A stretch of 64,000 nucleotides of DNA from an uncultured Eubacteriales bacterium. Its GTDB lineage: Bacteria > Bacillota > Clostridia > Christensenellales > CAG-138. Below the pieces are notes generated by a model. It had not been told where the DNA came from and did no database searches. It saw nothing but the letters and a program-made list of their open reading frames with translations. Shown piece after piece: positions 62,784-64,000 of this stretch. The stretch's first letter is position 1, and each line of letters opens with the position of its first letter. Location: NCBI GenBank assembly GCA_902787375.1, contig CADAGD010000007.1:3878-67877 (forward strand), written 5' to 3'. A program made the translations under genes and the position numbers.

Positions 62784-64000
62784 CTAATAGCTTAATGTAC
62801 TCTTCTTTTCATCAACTTGTTTTTCCAATATAGCAGGTATGATGTCCATAAATGCTGCCAAGCCATGTTTCATCGCAGTACAACGTATATCAGGATTTTG
62901 TTGTCTGAGATATGGACATCCACCCATGCAGACGGGAAGAAATTTGCAATCCCTGCATTGCTCATCCTCGGTTGGATCATACAGCATATAATCAAATGTA
63001 CGTTTATCCAATCGTAAATCGTCTGTTATTTGTCCAATACTTCTACCCTTTATTCCTATTTCATTCCAGCATCTGTAAATCAATCCATCCGCCCCTATTA
63101 CAAAACAATTTTCGGTATCAGCACCACAATAGCTTCCTATCTGATTTGGAATCCAGCATGTTATATCAAAACCGTTTCTTGTTATAAAATCAAATTCGTG
63201 TTTTGAAAACTCATTGGTATGTAAACACGAGTTGTCGTTATAGGTTCCGTTCGCATTCTCGACCATGGCAAGATACGGAGCCGTAACATCTTCAAGTCCT
63301 TTTTCCTTCAAAATACTTATAACATTATCAACACGATCAATGTTATGTCTGTCGGCATTTATTCTAATCTGAACAGGATACTGTATTTTATCCTTTACTG
63401 CAACGAGGTTATCAATTATCCTATCAAAAGTTGGAAGACCGCCTTTCAAGCAACGGCGCTTATCGTGATCCTCTGCAGCACCGTCCAAAGTGATCTGTAT
63501 ACTAAGAATCCTGAGTTCATTGAGCTTATCCATTATTTTAGGAGTGAGCAAAAAGCCGTTCGTCACAATGCTTGCAATGTATTCAACATTATTCTCCTCA
63601 CATAACTCCATAAGTTTACGACTGAGCTCCTCAACAATGTCCATAGCAAGCAACGGCTCTCCGCCATACCATGTTACGTCTAAGCTTCTTTTAAACTGAA
63701 TCCTGTTCTTAGCAAAATCAACTATTGCGTCCTTAACCTCATCGTTCATAACAACAGGCTTTATACTGTCTTTCTCATAGCAATAGACGCAACGAAAATT
63801 ACAGTCGGATGTTGGAGCAATGGTCAAAACCAAATCAGCATCGGAAAAACGAGATGACAACATACAATAGCGCAATGAGGCAAGCTCATCAAAGTCGCTG
63901 TCCACAACATATCCGCCCAAGCGCAGATTGGAAAGAAGCTCCTCATCCTCTATGGGTTTCCCATCGGATTCAAAATCGCAATACATTTTATACTTGGCGT
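62784..64000 (-). CDS. Radical SAM / SPASM-domain peptide maturase-like enzyme (5' end may lie beyond the window)
   Basis: CNFRCVYCY radical SAM cluster motif, GGEPLL, C-terminal CRDCKFLPVCMGGCPY SPASM/twitch Cys cluster; the frame stays open upstream of ATG 63986 to the edge. Confidence 0.85.
   Translation of the reverse strand, partial: AKYKMYCDFESDGKPIEDEELLSNLRLGGYVVDSDFDELASLRYCMLSSRFSDADLVLTIAPTSDCNFRCVYCYEKDSIKPVVMNDEVKDAIVDFAKNRIQFKRSLDVTWYGGEPLLAMDIVEELSRKLMELCEENNVEYIASIVTNGFLLTPKIMDKLNELRILSIQITLDGAAEDHDKRRCLKGGLPTFDRIIDNLVAVKDKIQYPVQIRINADRHNIDRVDNVISILKEKGLEDVTAPYLAMVENANGTYNDNSCLHTNEFSKHEFDFITRNGFDITCWIPNQIGSYCGADTENCFVIGADGLIYRCWNEIGIKGRSIGQITDDLRLDKRTFDYMLYDPTEDEQCRDCKFLPVCMGGCPYLRQQNPDIRCTAMKHGLAAFMDIIPAILEKQVDEKKSTLSY

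Overview
The window looks like chromosomal DNA from a dockerin-encoding Clostridia member, probably Oscillospiraceae/Ruminococcaceae-like; this is inferred from gene content only. Every call comes from reading the sequence and ORF translations and from remembered family motifs. No searches were run. Several starts were moved to an RBS-supported ATG.

Contents:
- 13 tRNA genes in five loci, all with an encoded CCA end, most with near-consensus promoters and hairpin terminators.
- Housekeeping genes: ftsH, msrA, coaW, lplA, an aconitase-family hydratase, an MscS channel and an RluA-family synthase.
- Accessory genes: seven GNAT acetyltransferases, two ECF-type sigma factors with downstream membrane partners, Fic, CbrC and hydrolases.

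Most interesting loci:
1. At the right edge, a radical SAM/SPASM gene is followed by two tandem small ORFs (43 and 45 aa, absent from the ORF track). They share MKFLILK and three conserved Cys. A stem-loop and a 3'-truncated ABC exporter follow. This looks like a RiPP cluster I cannot place in a known family.
2. A stand-alone reverse transcriptase (YSDD) lacks the retron, DGR and group II signatures I can check. It has a GC-rich 230-nt upstream region and a small upstream protein of uncertain, possibly nuclease-like, fold. It is a candidate defence-type RT module.
3. A seven-gene extracytosolic flavinylation / electron-transfer operon: ApbE, multi-FMN-binding proteins, a membrane polyferredoxin, NusG-II and a Gx transporter. 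Its first product carries a dockerin.
4. A 6.1-kb islet in tRNA-Thr, flanked by 46-bp direct repeats, holds a decayed integrase plus trkH-trkA and kdpD-kdpE.
5. A cassette-like gene array downstream of tRNA-Tyr has homologous terminator-promoter junction modules.
6. Several mosaic hairpin repeat families are dispersed through the intergenic regions.
7. A three-copy family of a small acidic protein occurs, twice followed by the stub of a possibly HipA-like gene.
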